DNA of 64,000 bases from Caulobacteraceae bacterium (lineage in GTDB: Bacteria; Pseudomonadota; Alphaproteobacteria; Caulobacterales; Caulobacteraceae): assembly GCA_035999625.1 (NCBI GenBank), contig DASYGN010000082.1, positions 111 to 64,110 of the forward strand. The letters are read 5' to 3'. This document shows positions 8,612 through 18,724 of the stretch, in pieces (the first letter of the stretch is position 1; each line of letters opens with the position of its first letter). Position numbers and translations under genes: made by a program. The notes under the pieces are model-generated. The model had not been told where the DNA came from. It did not search any database and saw only the letters and a program-made list of their open reading frames with translations.

Positions 8612-9834
8612 TCCCGGAGAGGATAAAGGCGCTCGACGCCGCCGATCCGTTGCGCCCCTTCCGAGGCCGCTTCGCCCTGCCGGCGGGGGTCATCTATCTC
8701 GACGGCAATTCGCTGGGCGCCCTGCCGCTCGCGGCCAGGGACGCTCTGCTGAAGACGGCGGCGACCGAGTGGGGCGAGGGGCTGATCCGCAGCTGGAACG
8801 ACGCTGACTGGATCGGCGCGCCGCTGCGCGTCGGCGACAAGATCGCCCGGCTGATCGGCGCTTCGCCCGGCGAGGTGGCGGTGGCCGACTCGACCTCGGT
8901 CAACCTTTACAAGCTGCTGGCCGCGGGCCTCGCCGCCCGGCCCGGACGCCGGGTGATCCTGACCGAGACCGGCAACTTCCCCACCGATCTCTACATCGCC
9001 GGCGGCGCGGCGGGCGCAGTCGGAGCCAAGGTCAAGGCGGTCGCGCCCGAAGCGGTGGAGGCGGCGATCGACGAGGAGATCGCCATCGTCCTTCTGACCC
9101 ACGTCCACTACAAGACCGCCGCGCGGCGCGACATGGCGCGGATCACCGCCGCCGCGCACGCCGCCGGGGCGTTGATGCTCTGGGATCTCAGCCACAGCGT
9201 CGGCGCGGTCGAGGTCGATCTGGACGCCTGCGGCGCGGATCTGGCGGTCGGCTGCGGCTACAAGTACCTGAACGGCGGGCCCGGCGCGCCGGCCTTCCTG
9301 TTCGTGGCCAAGGGTGTGCAGGATGAACTGGCCTCGCCGCTGACCGGCTGGATGGGTCACGCCGCGCCGTTCGCCTTCGATGACGCCTGGTCGCCCGCCG
9401 CCGGCATCAAGCGGTTCCTGACCGGGACGCCGCCGGTGCTCGGCCTGGCGGCGCTGGAGGCGGCGGTGGACCTGGCCCTCGAGGTCCCGCCGGCGGCGCT
9501 GGAGGCCAAGGCCCGGGCGCTGTGGTCGCTGTTCGCCGACACCATGGCCGAGAGACTGGGCGGCGAGGATTTCCGCCTGATCACGTCCGCCGACCCGGCG
9601 CGCCGCGGCAGCCACATCGCCTACGCCCACGCCGACGGCTTTGCGATCATGCAGGCCCTGATCGACCGCGGCGTGATCGGCGATTTCCGCGATCCCGACG
9701 TGATGCGCTTTGGCCTCACCCCGCTCTATCTCGGCTTCGAGGACGTCTGGCGCGCGGTGGATATCCTCAGCCAGATCATGGCCAGCGGGGCCTGGCGAGA
9801 GGCGCCCCCGCGCCGTCCGGGCCAAGTGACGTGA
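8608..9834 (+). CDS. kynU: Kynureninase (PLP-dependent)
   Basis: 408 aa with IYLDGNSLGALP near the N-terminus and WDLSHSVGAVEVDL...GCGYKYLNGGPGAPAF (PLP-lysine region), typical of bacterial kynureninase. Confidence 0.85.
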   Translation: MIPERIKALDAADPLRPFRGRFALPAGVIYLDGNSLGALPLAARDALLKTAATEWGEGLIRSWNDADWIGAPLRVGDKIARLIGASPGEVAVADSTSVNLYKLLAAGLAARPGRRVILTETGNFPTDLYIAGGAAGAVGAKVKAVAPEAVEAAIDEEIAIVLLTHVHYKTAARRDMARITAAAHAAGALMLWDLSHSVGAVEVDLDACGADLAVGCGYKYLNGGPGAPAFLFVAKGVQDELASPLTGWMGHAAPFAFDDAWSPAAGIKRFLTGTPPVLGLAALEAAVDLALEVPPAALEAKARALWSLFADTMAERLGGEDFRLITSADPARRGSHIAYAHADGFAIMQALIDRGVIGDFRDPDVMRFGLTPLYLGFEDVWRAVDILSQIMASGAWREAPPRRPGQVT

Positions 9835-10715
9835 CCCTCACGAGCAAGGTCCGCGTGGCGGTGGCGGCCGAGGATATTCTCGGCGAGGGACCGGTGTGGG
9901 ACGCCGCCGCCGCCCGGCTCTATTGGGTCGACATCAAGGGCGGGCGCCTGCGCTGGCTGCATCCAGGGAGCGGGGAGACCGGGTGGGTCGGGGTGGAAAA
10001 CCAGGTCAGCGCGGTGGCCCCCAGAGCCTGCGGCGAGGGCCTGCTGGCGGCGCGCAAGGACGGTCTTGGCATTCTCGATCCCAAGACCGGCAGCTTCACC
10101 CTGCGCTTCGATCCCGAGCCCGAACGGCCTCAGAACCGGGCCAACGACGGCAATGTCGATCTTGGCGGGCGGTTCTGGTTCGGCACCATGGACGATGGCG
10201 AAGCCGAGGCGAGCGGCGGGGTCTATCGCCTCGATCCGGATTGGACCTGCGAGCGGGTGCTGGATGGCCTTGGCATCGCCAACACTCTGGTCTGTGGACC
10301 GGGGGGCGACAGGCTTTACGTCGCCGACTCCCTGGCGCGGATCATCGACATCCTGGAATTCGACCCCCTGACCGGCGCGCCCGGCGAGCGGCGGCCGTTC
10401 GCCCATACCCGCGGCGAAGCCTTCGGGCCGGATGGCTCGGCGGTCGATTGCGATGGCTACGTCTGGAACGCCCAGTGGGGGGCGGGCCGGCTGGTGCGCT
10501 ACGCCCCGGACGGGGCCATTGATCGGATCGTCGATCTGCCGGTGGATCATCCGTCCAGCTGCGCCTTCGGGGGCGAGGATCTGGCCACCCTCTACATCAC
10601 CACCGCCCGCTGGCTGCTGAGCGAGGAGGCTTTGGCGCGTCAGCACTGGGCGGGGAGCCTGCTGGCCTTCGAGCCCGGCGTCACCGGCCTGCCGTTGCCA
10701 CCGTTCGCGGGTTAA
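9831..10715 (+). CDS. SMP-30/gluconolactonase/LRE family protein
   Basis: ILGEGPVWDAAAARLYWVDIKGGRL is the family N-terminal motif, and later NDGNVDLGGRFWFGTM and ANTLVCGPGGDRLYVADS blocks follow. The GTG start at 9831 overlaps the kynU stop (GTGA). Confidence 0.8.
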   Translation: MTLTSKVRVAVAAEDILGEGPVWDAAAARLYWVDIKGGRLRWLHPGSGETGWVGVENQVSAVAPRACGEGLLAARKDGLGILDPKTGSFTLRFDPEPERPQNRANDGNVDLGGRFWFGTMDDGEAEASGGVYRLDPDWTCERVLDGLGIANTLVCGPGGDRLYVADSLARIIDILEFDPLTGAPGERRPFAHTRGEAFGPDGSAVDCDGYVWNAQWGAGRLVRYAPDGAIDRIVDLPVDHPSSCAFGGEDLATLYITTARWLLSEEALARQHWAGSLLAFEPGVTGLPLPPFAG

Positions 10716-11686
10716 TCGGCGCGCAAACCGAGCTGGTCGATCTGGGCGATGATCGCCGGATCCAGCGGCCCGGCGGCTTCGGCGGCCAGGCAATCGTCGA
10801 GCTCGGCCCGGTTTTTCACCCCGAGGATGACGGTGTCGACGCCAGCCATGGAAAGGGCATAGCGGTGGGCGATCACCGCCGGGTCGGCGCCGATCGCCCG
10901 GCACAGGGCGCGAAACGGCGCGGCGCGGCGGAAGTCGGCCGCCTCCGGGTGTTCGGCTCGCAGGTCGCGGTCGAACGCCGCCGTCAGGGCGCCGGCCTGG
11001 ACGGCGCGGATGCCCATGACCCCAATCCCGCGCGTGTTGGCGGCGGCGATGATTTCGCGCGGCCGCGGGGCCTCGTCATAGCGCCGCATGCCGCCGGGAC
11101 TGTCGAGCAGATTGGTCACCGCCTGCACGACGCCCGGCGCCGGATCGTGGGCCAGGGCCTGGATGATGGTCTCGGGAACGCCGACGCCGGTGATCCCCCA
11201 GGCGCCGATGCGGCCCTGCCGCGCGAGGCTCTCCATCGCCGGCGCGACCTCGGCGGCATAGAGGCTCCACGGGGTGGCGAAGCGATCCTGGCGCTCGGCA
11301 TCCCGCGGATAGACGTAAGCGTCCGGGCGGATGTTGGAATGGAGGAAGAACACGTCCGCCCGCTCGATGCCCATGGCGGCCAGGCTGGCGGCCAGCGACG
11401 CCTCCAGCCGCGCGGCCGTTTCACCCGGAGGCGGCGCGCCCAGCTGATGCTTGGTGGTGATCCTGACGCCGGCGGGCAGGCGGCCGTTGAACGCCCGGCC
11501 GATCACCTGCTCGCAGTCGCGGTACATCGGCGCGGTGTCGATGAGGGTGATGCCGCCCTCGATCGCCGCGTGCACGGTGGCGATGGCCTCGTCGATGGAG
11601 GTCTCGCCCCAGACGCGGCCCAGGCCACCACCGCCCAGGGTCAGGCGGCTGACACCCTCCAGCGGTCCAAGTCGGGTCAGCTGCAT
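10712..11686 (-). CDS. Aldo/keto reductase
   Basis: LGGGGLGRVWGETSIDEAIATVHAAIEGGITLIDTAPMY is the standard AKR N-terminal region. The start overlaps the upstream kinase stop by 1 nt (TGATG). Confidence 0.85.
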   Translation of the reverse strand: MQLTRLGPLEGVSRLTLGGGGLGRVWGETSIDEAIATVHAAIEGGITLIDTAPMYRDCEQVIGRAFNGRLPAGVRITTKHQLGAPPPGETAARLEASLAASLAAMGIERADVFFLHSNIRPDAYVYPRDAERQDRFATPWSLYAAEVAPAMESLARQGRIGAWGITGVGVPETIIQALAHDPAPGVVQAVTNLLDSPGGMRRYDEAPRPREIIAAANTRGIGVMGIRAVQAGALTAAFDRDLRAEHPEAADFRRAAPFRALCRAIGADPAVIAHRYALSMAGVDTVILGVKNRAELDDCLAAEAAGPLDPAIIAQIDQLGLRAD

Positions 11687-13086
11687 CAGCGCCCACCATA
11701 GACCAGCGTGCGCCAGGCGGCGAAGCGCGCTTCGGCTTCATCGGCGCCAAGGCGTGGCTCGACGACGGCTTGGAAGCGGATGGCCGGGGGCGCCAGGCCG
11801 GCGGCCATGGCGGCCCCGAGCGCGGTCGCCTCGGGCGTGGCGTGGCGGCGCACCGGCCAGGCGAGGAGGTCGGCCAAGGTTTGCAGGAATACCGGGCTGC
11901 GGCTCAGGCCGCCATCGACGCCAATCGCCGGCGGTCGTTCGAACGGGGTGGCGGCATAGAGGTGATCGACGATCTCGCGGGCGCGGAAGGCGAGGCCCTC
12001 GTAGGTCGCCCGCGCCAGATGCTCCCGGCCGACCGCCGAGGTTAGCCCGAACACCCCGCCGCGCCGGGTGGGATCGGGATACGGGCCGCCAAGGCCGTGC
12101 AGGGCCGGCAGGAAGGCGGCGCCAGCGGCGTCGGCGACGCTGCCTGCCAGGGCGTCGAAGGCGGCGTGATCGCCGAGTTCAAAGGCCGAGCGGGCCCAGT
12201 CGAGCGCCGCGCCGGCGGAAAGCACCATGCCTTCGACGCAGAAGCGGGTCTCGCCGCTGACCGACGAGACGATCAGCGGCGGCGTCCCGGGGCCGGGAAA
12301 CAGGAACTGATCGCCGGTGGCCAGATCAAAGGCCCCGGCGGTGCCGAAGGTGATCTTGGCGGTTCCCGGCGCCTCGCCGTGGGCCAGCAGGGCGCTCTGC
12401 TGATCGGCGATGTCGGCGCGGATTGGGATTTCGGCCCCGAAGAGCGCCCCATCTGTTGCGCCGATCTCGCCCCAGGTGTCGATGAGGTTCGGGAACATGG
12501 CCGGATCGAGTTTCTGGTGCGCGATGAGAGTCTCGCTCCAGCCAAAGCCTGGCGGAGCCAGATAGCCGGTGGGCCAGGCCTGGCTGCGATCGGTGACGTG
12601 GCGGGCGCGGCCGGTCAGGCGGAAGATGAGATAGGAATCGATCGCTCCCCAGGCGATCCGCGCCGGGGCGGCGTCGAGCCCGGCCAGCATCGCCTCGAGC
12701 TTGGTCGCCGCCTGCTGCGGGGCGAGGGGAAAGCCGGCGGCTTGCAGTTCCACGGCCCGCGCGGCGCCGCGCAGGTCGTTCCACACCACCAGGGGCGAGA
12801 GGGGCGCGCCGTCGGTCTTGTCCCAGAGGACGGCGCTGGCCCGCTGGGTGGTGAGGCCGATGGCGGCGATGTCGCCGGCGGACCGGCCAGCCTCGGCCAG
12901 AGCCCGCTTCGCCGCCGCCACGGTGACCTGGAACACCGCCTCGGCGTCCTGCTCGACCAGGCCGGGCGCCGGCGTCGCCGAGGCGATGGGGCTCGCGGCC
13001 AAGCCGAGGAAACCGCCGTCCGGGCCGACCACCGCGGCGCGCGCCGAGGTGGTGCCGACATCAAGGGCCAGGACCAGTTCAGGCAT
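11686..13086 (-). CDS. FGGY-family carbohydrate/polyol kinase
   Basis: LALDVGTTSARAAVV is the phosphate-1 motif and GVDGGLSRSPVFLQTLADL is the C-terminal FGGY motif. 466 aa. Confidence 0.85.
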   Translation of the reverse strand: MPELVLALDVGTTSARAAVVGPDGGFLGLAASPIASATPAPGLVEQDAEAVFQVTVAAAKRALAEAGRSAGDIAAIGLTTQRASAVLWDKTDGAPLSPLVVWNDLRGAARAVELQAAGFPLAPQQAATKLEAMLAGLDAAPARIAWGAIDSYLIFRLTGRARHVTDRSQAWPTGYLAPPGFGWSETLIAHQKLDPAMFPNLIDTWGEIGATDGALFGAEIPIRADIADQQSALLAHGEAPGTAKITFGTAGAFDLATGDQFLFPGPGTPPLIVSSVSGETRFCVEGMVLSAGAALDWARSAFELGDHAAFDALAGSVADAAGAAFLPALHGLGGPYPDPTRRGGVFGLTSAVGREHLARATYEGLAFRAREIVDHLYAATPFERPPAIGVDGGLSRSPVFLQTLADLLAWPVRRHATPEATALGAAMAAGLAPPAIRFQAVVEPRLGADEAEARFAAWRTLVYGGR

Positions 13087-14476
13087 CGGCGATGAGCACG
13101 CCCGGGTTCATCATCCCGGCTGGATCGAGCGATTGCTTGACCTGGCGCAGCAGGCGCACGCCGGCCGGGCCCAACTCGCGCTCCAGCCACGGCGCGCGCA
13201 CCCGACCGATGCCGTGGTGGTGCGAAAGGCCGCCGCCATGCGCGTCGGTGGCTTCCATGATCGCCCGCCAGGCGGCGAAATAGGCGCCCTCCATGGCTTC
13301 CGGCGCTTCGGTGCGCATAGCGAAGCTGAAATAGAGATTGAGGCCGCTGCGGTAGGCGTGGGAGCTGTGGGCCGAGCCGTTCAGGCAGCCGGGCAGGGCC
13401 TGCAGCGCCGCCGTCGCATCGGCGTAGATGCGGCCGATGGCGGTCCACGGGGCCGAGATCTCCACCGTATCGACGATCAGGTTGCGCTCGAGGAACGAAC
13501 TCCAGTTGGGGACGATGTTGCGGTGCTCCAACCAGTGGCGGGCGATGTCCTCGGGCGCGGGCGCGAGACCGCTCCTGGCGGCGAGTTCGGATATCGCCGC
13601 CGTCTCCGCCGCCACCAGGCCGGCCGGTCCCTCGTGGATAATCAGCACCGCCGGCGCGCTCAGGCGGACGTCGAGCCTGGCCGCCTCGCGGGCGTCGTAC
13701 TGGCGCATGACCGGTGGTCGCCAGCCGGCCTGGATCAGCTCGCGCTGGAAGCCGAAGCCGGCATCCATGGTCTCGGCGCCGAACACCGAAAACGCCTGCG
13801 CCTCGGGGGCCCGGCGCAAGGAAAAGGTGACGCCGGTGATGACGCCCAGGCATCCCTCGGAGCCCAGCAGCAGATGGCGCAGGTCCGGTCCGGCCGAGGC
13901 CCGGGGAGCCTTGCCGAGGGTGACCAGCTGGCCATCCGGCAGCACCGCCTCGATCGACCAGACGATATCCTCGATATTGCCGTGCAGGGTCGAGAACTGG
14001 CCGGAGGCGCGGGTGGCGATCCAGCCGCCGACGCTGCTGATGGCCACCGACTGCGGCCAATGACCGATGGTCAGTCCCGCGGCGGCCACCTCCGCCTCCG
14101 CCTCGCTGCCGCGCTTGCCGGCATCGAACCCGGCCAGGAGATTGGTCTCGTCGATGAACCGGGTGGCGTTCATCGCCCCCAGATCGAGGATGACCGCCTC
14201 GGGCGAAGCCATCACACCGCCGACCACGCCGCTGCCGAGGCCGAAGGGGATCACCGGCGCGCCGGCCTCGCTGGCTGCCTTCAGGCTCGCCTGCACATCG
14301 GCGACTGAGGTTGGCCGTACGACGCAGGCCGCGTTTGGCGCACCCTGGCCGAGATGGTCCTTCAGGTGGCTCAGCACCCAGTAGTCGTGGCGGTAGGCGT
14401 GGAGCGCCGTCTCGGCGGTCTCGACCTTCTCCGGCCCGAGAACGGCGGTCAGGCGCTCGGCAATCGATCGGCTCAT
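13079..14476 (-). CDS. FAD-linked oxidase (AGPS / YgcU-like rather than plain GlcD-like)
   Basis: HDYWVLSHLKDHLGQGAPNAACVVRPTSVADVQASLKAASEAGAPVIPFGLGSGVVGG is an FAD_binding_4-type N-terminus with the Trp-containing lead-in seen in alkyl-DHAP-synthase homologues. The C-terminus carries HHHGIG. Confidence 0.75.
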   Translation of the reverse strand: MSRSIAERLTAVLGPEKVETAETALHAYRHDYWVLSHLKDHLGQGAPNAACVVRPTSVADVQASLKAASEAGAPVIPFGLGSGVVGGVMASPEAVILDLGAMNATRFIDETNLLAGFDAGKRGSEAEAEVAAAGLTIGHWPQSVAISSVGGWIATRASGQFSTLHGNIEDIVWSIEAVLPDGQLVTLGKAPRASAGPDLRHLLLGSEGCLGVITGVTFSLRRAPEAQAFSVFGAETMDAGFGFQRELIQAGWRPPVMRQYDAREAARLDVRLSAPAVLIIHEGPAGLVAAETAAISELAARSGLAPAPEDIARHWLEHRNIVPNWSSFLERNLIVDTVEISAPWTAIGRIYADATAALQALPGCLNGSAHSSHAYRSGLNLYFSFAMRTEAPEAMEGAYFAAWRAIMEATDAHGGGLSHHHGIGRVRAPWLERELGPAGVRLLRQVKQSLDPAGMMNPGVLIADA

Positions 14477-14518
14477 GGCCCCGTCCTTAAGCTGTGGACG
14501 AGGCCGGGCAAGCCTGCG

Positions 14519-16999
14519 TCAGTATTTCACCCGCACGGTCAGACCGTAGAAGCGCGGCTGGCCGGGGAAGTAGTAGTAATTGTTCAGCGCCGCGTCGGAA
14601 CCAGGCTGCGGAGCGCTGAAGGTCTGGACCACGCCATCGAAGATCGCCTGGCTGTAGTGGGTGTTGAAGATGTTGGTCGCCCAGGCCTCCAGCGACCAGT
14701 GGCCATTTTCCGAGCCGATGGCCAGGCGGCCGTTGAACAGCGCGTAGGCTGGCTGGGTCTTGACCGGATCGTGGTCGGAGCCGGTGTTGTAGGCCGACTG
14801 GAACTTGCCGTTGAAGTTGATCGTCGCCTTCAGGCCATTCATCACCGGGTGGCTGTAGGTGACGCCGCCGACCACCGACCACACCGGCGCGAAGCTGGGG
14901 TGCGAGCCTGGCAGGCGGAACAGGGGCGTCGTCTGGAAGAAGGGCGAGCCGGGGATGTTGTTGCCGAGCGCGGCCTGGTTGGCGGCGCTCTTGCTGTAGA
15001 CGGTGTTGGCGTAGGTGGCCCCGAAATTGAGGGTCAGGTCGTCGGTGGCCCGCCAGTAGTCCTCGGTCTCGATGCCTTCGGACAGCGCGTCAGGAATGGT
15101 GCTCTCGACGAACTGGGTGCCGGTGAAGGCGTTCAGCTGGAAGTTCTGGTACTTCTGGTAGAAGGCGGCGGCGGTCAGGAGCAGCCGGCGGCCGAGGAGT
15201 TCCGATTTCGCCCCGACCTCGAAGGCGTTGACGTATTCGGCCGGGAAGAAGGTGTCGGGATCGGGGGCCAGCGAGGCGTTGGGATTGTTGCCCACCGCCG
15301 TGGTCACTTCGGCCAGATTGTAGCCGGCCACGAGACTGCCTCTGGAGTAGGAAGCGTAAGCCATCGTCTCATTGGTGAAATGATAGGTCAGCTTGGCGGT
15401 GCCGGTGACGTCGTTTTCGGTGAACGACTGGTGGGTGTTGAGACCAAAGAAGGCCGGATTATCCAGGCAGGGGATGCCGAGGACGGCCTTGGTCAGCGGC
15501 AGGCCGAGGCCGGCGGCGATGGCGGTGAAATGGGCGCAGGTGCCGGCGGTGTCGGTGTTGTTGTAGTTGCTGAGCAGTGACTTGTGCTCGCTGGTGAAGC
15601 GGATGCCGCCGGTGAAGATCAGCTTGTCGGTGATCTTGAAGTCGTCCTGGGTGTAGACCGACAGGCTGTGCTCGGCCTGGTGATAGGCGTCGCGGGCGCC
15701 CACGCCGGCCGGGAAGGCGCCGCCGGGCGGGTTGTAGGTCCCGGTCGCCAGCGGTCCTGCGCCTGAGGTCAGGACGGCGAGATATTCGTTGATGTCGGTC
15801 CCGAAGCTCAACGGGGCGAAGACGTCGAGATCCTCGTGGCTGTAGAAGGCGCCGACTTGCCAGGCGATGCGCCCGGTGTCGCCATTGAGCCTGATCTCCT
15901 CGGAGAACTGCTTGAATTCCTGGACGTTGTCGGGAACCGTATTGATCAGGTCGGCCTGGGTGTAGTCGCTGTCGGTGATGCCCTTGTCGCGCCAGTCGCG
16001 CAGGGCGGTGATCGAGGTCAGGTGAGCGCCGCCGAGCCAGGGCGTTTTCCAGTCCATTTGCGCCGAGATGCCTTCGTCGCGGATGTGCTCCTGGGGTCCG
16101 ACATTGATCGAGGCGGTGACATTGCTGCGGGTGATCGGATTGAGGATCGATCCCGGGAAGAAGGTGTTCTGCAGGGTGGCCGGAAAGCCGTTCTGGAAGT
16201 CGACCGCGACGCAGCAGTGGTCGTCGCGCCGGGTGTAGTCGCCGATGATGTTGAGCTTGAAATCGTCGGTGGGCGCGATCAGCAGCTGCCCGCGCAGCGT
16301 GTACATGTGCTCGTCGTCCTGCGCCGGAATGGTGCTTCCCGGCGGCTGGGCGACGGGCAGGTAGCCGTCGCGCTGGTGGGTGGCGAAGTAGAGCCGTCCG
16401 GCGACGACATCGCCGATGATCGGCCCGGTGACGCCGGTATCGAACCCCCAGCCATTGTAGTTCTGGACTTCCGCGTCGGCGAAGGCGCCGAAGGTGAACG
16501 ACGGCCGCTGGGTGTTGATCTGGACCACGCCGGCGACAGTGTTCTTGCCGAACAGCGTGCCCTGTGGCCCTTTCAGGATCTCGACGTCGGAGAGCTCGCC
16601 AAGGTCGTTGTAGCTGACCCCGTTGCGCGGCCGATAGACGCCGTCGATGTAGACCCCAACCGCGTCTTCCAGACCGGCGTTGTCGGCCACGCTGCCGATG
16701 CCGCGGATGCGCACCGTGGTGGTGGACTCGCCGGCGTTGGTGGTGGCGTTGAAGCCCGGCGTCAGCAGGGTGATGTCCTTGATGCTGCGGGCGCCGAGAT
16801 TTTCGAGCTGCTGGGCGTTGATCACCGAGACCGCCACCGGCACGTCCTGCAGGCGCTGCTCTCGCTTCTGGGCGGTGACGATCACCTCCGAGACGGCGAC
16901 CGGGCCCGCCGCGGCGGCGTTGGCCGCCAGCGCCGCAGGCGCGCTCATGCACAGTGAAACAGCCGCGGCCGAGGCGCCGCACAGCAGCTTGGCGTTCAT
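14519..16999 (-). CDS. TonB-dependent outer-membrane receptor
   Basis: Signal peptide MNAKLLCGASAAAVSLCMSAPAALA, plug motifs (VIVTAQKREQRLQDVPVAVSV; EILKGPQGTLFGKN), a long beta-barrel region, and a C-terminal aromatic residue. The ATG at 16999 is chosen. Confidence 0.9.
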   Translation of the reverse strand: MNAKLLCGASAAAVSLCMSAPAALAANAAAAGPVAVSEVIVTAQKREQRLQDVPVAVSVINAQQLENLGARSIKDITLLTPGFNATTNAGESTTTVRIRGIGSVADNAGLEDAVGVYIDGVYRPRNGVSYNDLGELSDVEILKGPQGTLFGKNTVAGVVQINTQRPSFTFGAFADAEVQNYNGWGFDTGVTGPIIGDVVAGRLYFATHQRDGYLPVAQPPGSTIPAQDDEHMYTLRGQLLIAPTDDFKLNIIGDYTRRDDHCCVAVDFQNGFPATLQNTFFPGSILNPITRSNVTASINVGPQEHIRDEGISAQMDWKTPWLGGAHLTSITALRDWRDKGITDSDYTQADLINTVPDNVQEFKQFSEEIRLNGDTGRIAWQVGAFYSHEDLDVFAPLSFGTDINEYLAVLTSGAGPLATGTYNPPGGAFPAGVGARDAYHQAEHSLSVYTQDDFKITDKLIFTGGIRFTSEHKSLLSNYNNTDTAGTCAHFTAIAAGLGLPLTKAVLGIPCLDNPAFFGLNTHQSFTENDVTGTAKLTYHFTNETMAYASYSRGSLVAGYNLAEVTTAVGNNPNASLAPDPDTFFPAEYVNAFEVGAKSELLGRRLLLTAAAFYQKYQNFQLNAFTGTQFVESTIPDALSEGIETEDYWRATDDLTLNFGATYANTVYSKSAANQAALGNNIPGSPFFQTTPLFRLPGSHPSFAPVWSVVGGVTYSHPVMNGLKATINFNGKFQSAYNTGSDHDPVKTQPAYALFNGRLAIGSENGHWSLEAWATNIFNTHYSQAIFDGVVQTFSAPQPGSDAALNNYYYFPGQPRFYGLTVRVKY

Positions 17000-17083
17000 G
17001 GTTCGACTCCCCGTTGACCTAGGCGCGCTCTTCAACGGCGGCCTAAGGTTCGCGACCAATGCTGGGGCCGAACTTCCCCATGG

Positions 17084-18724
17084 TCAAGGCTGAGAGTGCG
17101 CCGCCTCCAAATCGATGGCCTGGCGATGCTGGCAAGCCACAATCTGCGCGGCGGTCTGCGCGTCCGTCCAGCCGAGCAACGGGGCCATGGCCAGCGCCGC
17201 CGGCTGCAGCGAGGCGATCCCGCCGTCGGCATCGAACCAGGCCCGCGCGCCGCGCCTGACCCAATAGTCCTCGAGGGTGAGCGCCCCCTCGCTCAGCACC
17301 GCCCGCTCCGCTTCCATCGCCGGACCGCCGGCGACCAATGGCGCCGCCGCCCCGTAGAGACCGACCAGACGCTCGGCCGCCAGAGCCTCGAGGCCAAGCC
17401 CGGCGAGCTGCGCGCCCACCGTTCGCGTCGGCGTCTCGCCGCCCGGCAGCGGCTCACTGGCGGTGCGGCAGCGGCTGGGCTTGCGGCCGAGTTCAGTTTC
17501 GACCCGATCGACCACCCGTTCGGCCATGCGCCGGTAGGCGGTGAGCTTGCCGCCGGCGATCGACAGCATGCCGCCAGGGCCCTGCCAGATCTCGTCCCGG
17601 CGTGAGGTTTCCGAGGCGCCCTTGCCGGGCTCGGCCACCAGCGGCCTCGCCCCCGCCCAGGCGGCGGTGATCTGGCGGGCGTGGAGCGGGCGCCCCGCAA
17701 GGGCGGCGTTGGTCGCGCTCAGCAGGTAGTCGATGTCCTCCCGTCCGATCGCCGGCCAGGTCTCGGCCCCGTCGTGGAAGGCGTCGGTGGTGCCGATGTA
17801 GGTCACCGCCCCCTTGGGGACGATGAAGATGCTGCGCCGGTTACCCGCCGGCACGATCAAGGTCCTGGTCACCGGGGCCAGGGCGCGCGGAAAGACGATG
17901 TGGATGCCGCGGGAGAGGGCCAGTTTCGGAGCCGCCGCCGCGGACTCGAGCGCGCGGATGGCGTCCACCCACGGCCCGGCGGCGTTGACGAACACCTTGG
18001 CGGCGATCCGCGTCCGCCGTCCCGGCTCGTCGGCGTCGGCGATGTCGGCGCTGGCCAGCGGTTCTCCGGTCAGCCGCTCGGCGCTGGCGTAGTTGACGAT
18101 GACGGCGCCGTGTTCGGCGGCGCTCTGCAGATTGGCCAGGGTGAGGCGCGCGTCGTTGGTCAGAAATTCGGGATAGACCACCGCGCCGGCCAGACCCGCG
18201 GCCGCAAGCGCCGGCTCGCGCTCGGCCAGTTCGGCCGTCGACCACACCTGGTGCGCGTGGTCCTTGGCGACCCCACCCAGTTTCTCGAAGGTCCATAACC
18301 CCGCGCGTAGCTTGGCGATCGCCGCGGCCGAGCGGGCGGGAATGACGAACGGTGTCTCCACCGCCAAGTGCGGGGCGATGGCCTGGACGATCTTGCGCTC
18401 GCTGGCCGCCTCGCGCACCAGCGCCAGGTCGCCCTGGGCCAGATAGCGCAGGCCGCCGTGAATCATCTTCGAGGATCGGCTGGAGGTGCCGCTGGCGAAA
18501 TCGCCGGCTTCGACAAGGGCGACGGAAAGGCCGCGCAGGGCCGCGTCGCGGGCGATTCCCGCCCCAGTGATGCCGCCGCCGATGATCGCGACATCGAAGG
18601 TCTTCGCCCCCAGGGCGTCGAACAGGGCGGCGCGGTCGCGCATGTCGAGGCTGGCCATTCCCCTAGCGGCCGGTGAAATTGGCCGGCCGGCGTCGACCCG
18701 ATAGCGGATGTGATCGGCGCTCAT
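17084..18724 (-). CDS. FAD-dependent glycerol-3-phosphate dehydrogenase family protein (GlpD/EryB-like)
   Basis: FDVAIIGGGITGAGIARDAALRGLSVALVEAGDFASGTSSRSSKMIHGGLRYL is the canonical GlpD N-terminus. The ATG at 18724 overlaps the SDR stop (ATGA). The 758-aa ORF in the track is an upstream extension in the same frame. Confidence 0.85.
   Translation of the reverse strand: MSADHIRYRVDAGRPISPAARGMASLDMRDRAALFDALGAKTFDVAIIGGGITGAGIARDAALRGLSVALVEAGDFASGTSSRSSKMIHGGLRYLAQGDLALVREAASERKIVQAIAPHLAVETPFVIPARSAAAIAKLRAGLWTFEKLGGVAKDHAHQVWSTAELAEREPALAAAGLAGAVVYPEFLTNDARLTLANLQSAAEHGAVIVNYASAERLTGEPLASADIADADEPGRRTRIAAKVFVNAAGPWVDAIRALESAAAAPKLALSRGIHIVFPRALAPVTRTLIVPAGNRRSIFIVPKGAVTYIGTTDAFHDGAETWPAIGREDIDYLLSATNAALAGRPLHARQITAAWAGARPLVAEPGKGASETSRRDEIWQGPGGMLSIAGGKLTAYRRMAERVVDRVETELGRKPSRCRTASEPLPGGETPTRTVGAQLAGLGLEALAAERLVGLYGAAAPLVAGGPAMEAERAVLSEGALTLEDYWVRRGARAWFDADGGIASLQPAALAMAPLLGWTDAQTAAQIVACQHRQAIDLEAAHSQP

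Noticed and set aside
8533-9825. 430-aa minus-strand ORF antisense to kynU, and similar long antisense ORFs (for example 4217-5629, 15459-16982, 19823-21469, 22553-23683, 59620-61806)
   Set aside because: All lie opposite genes with clear family motifs. Their translations are dominated by Arg, Gly, Pro, Asp and His runs with no recognisable domains, so they are high-GC shadow ORFs.
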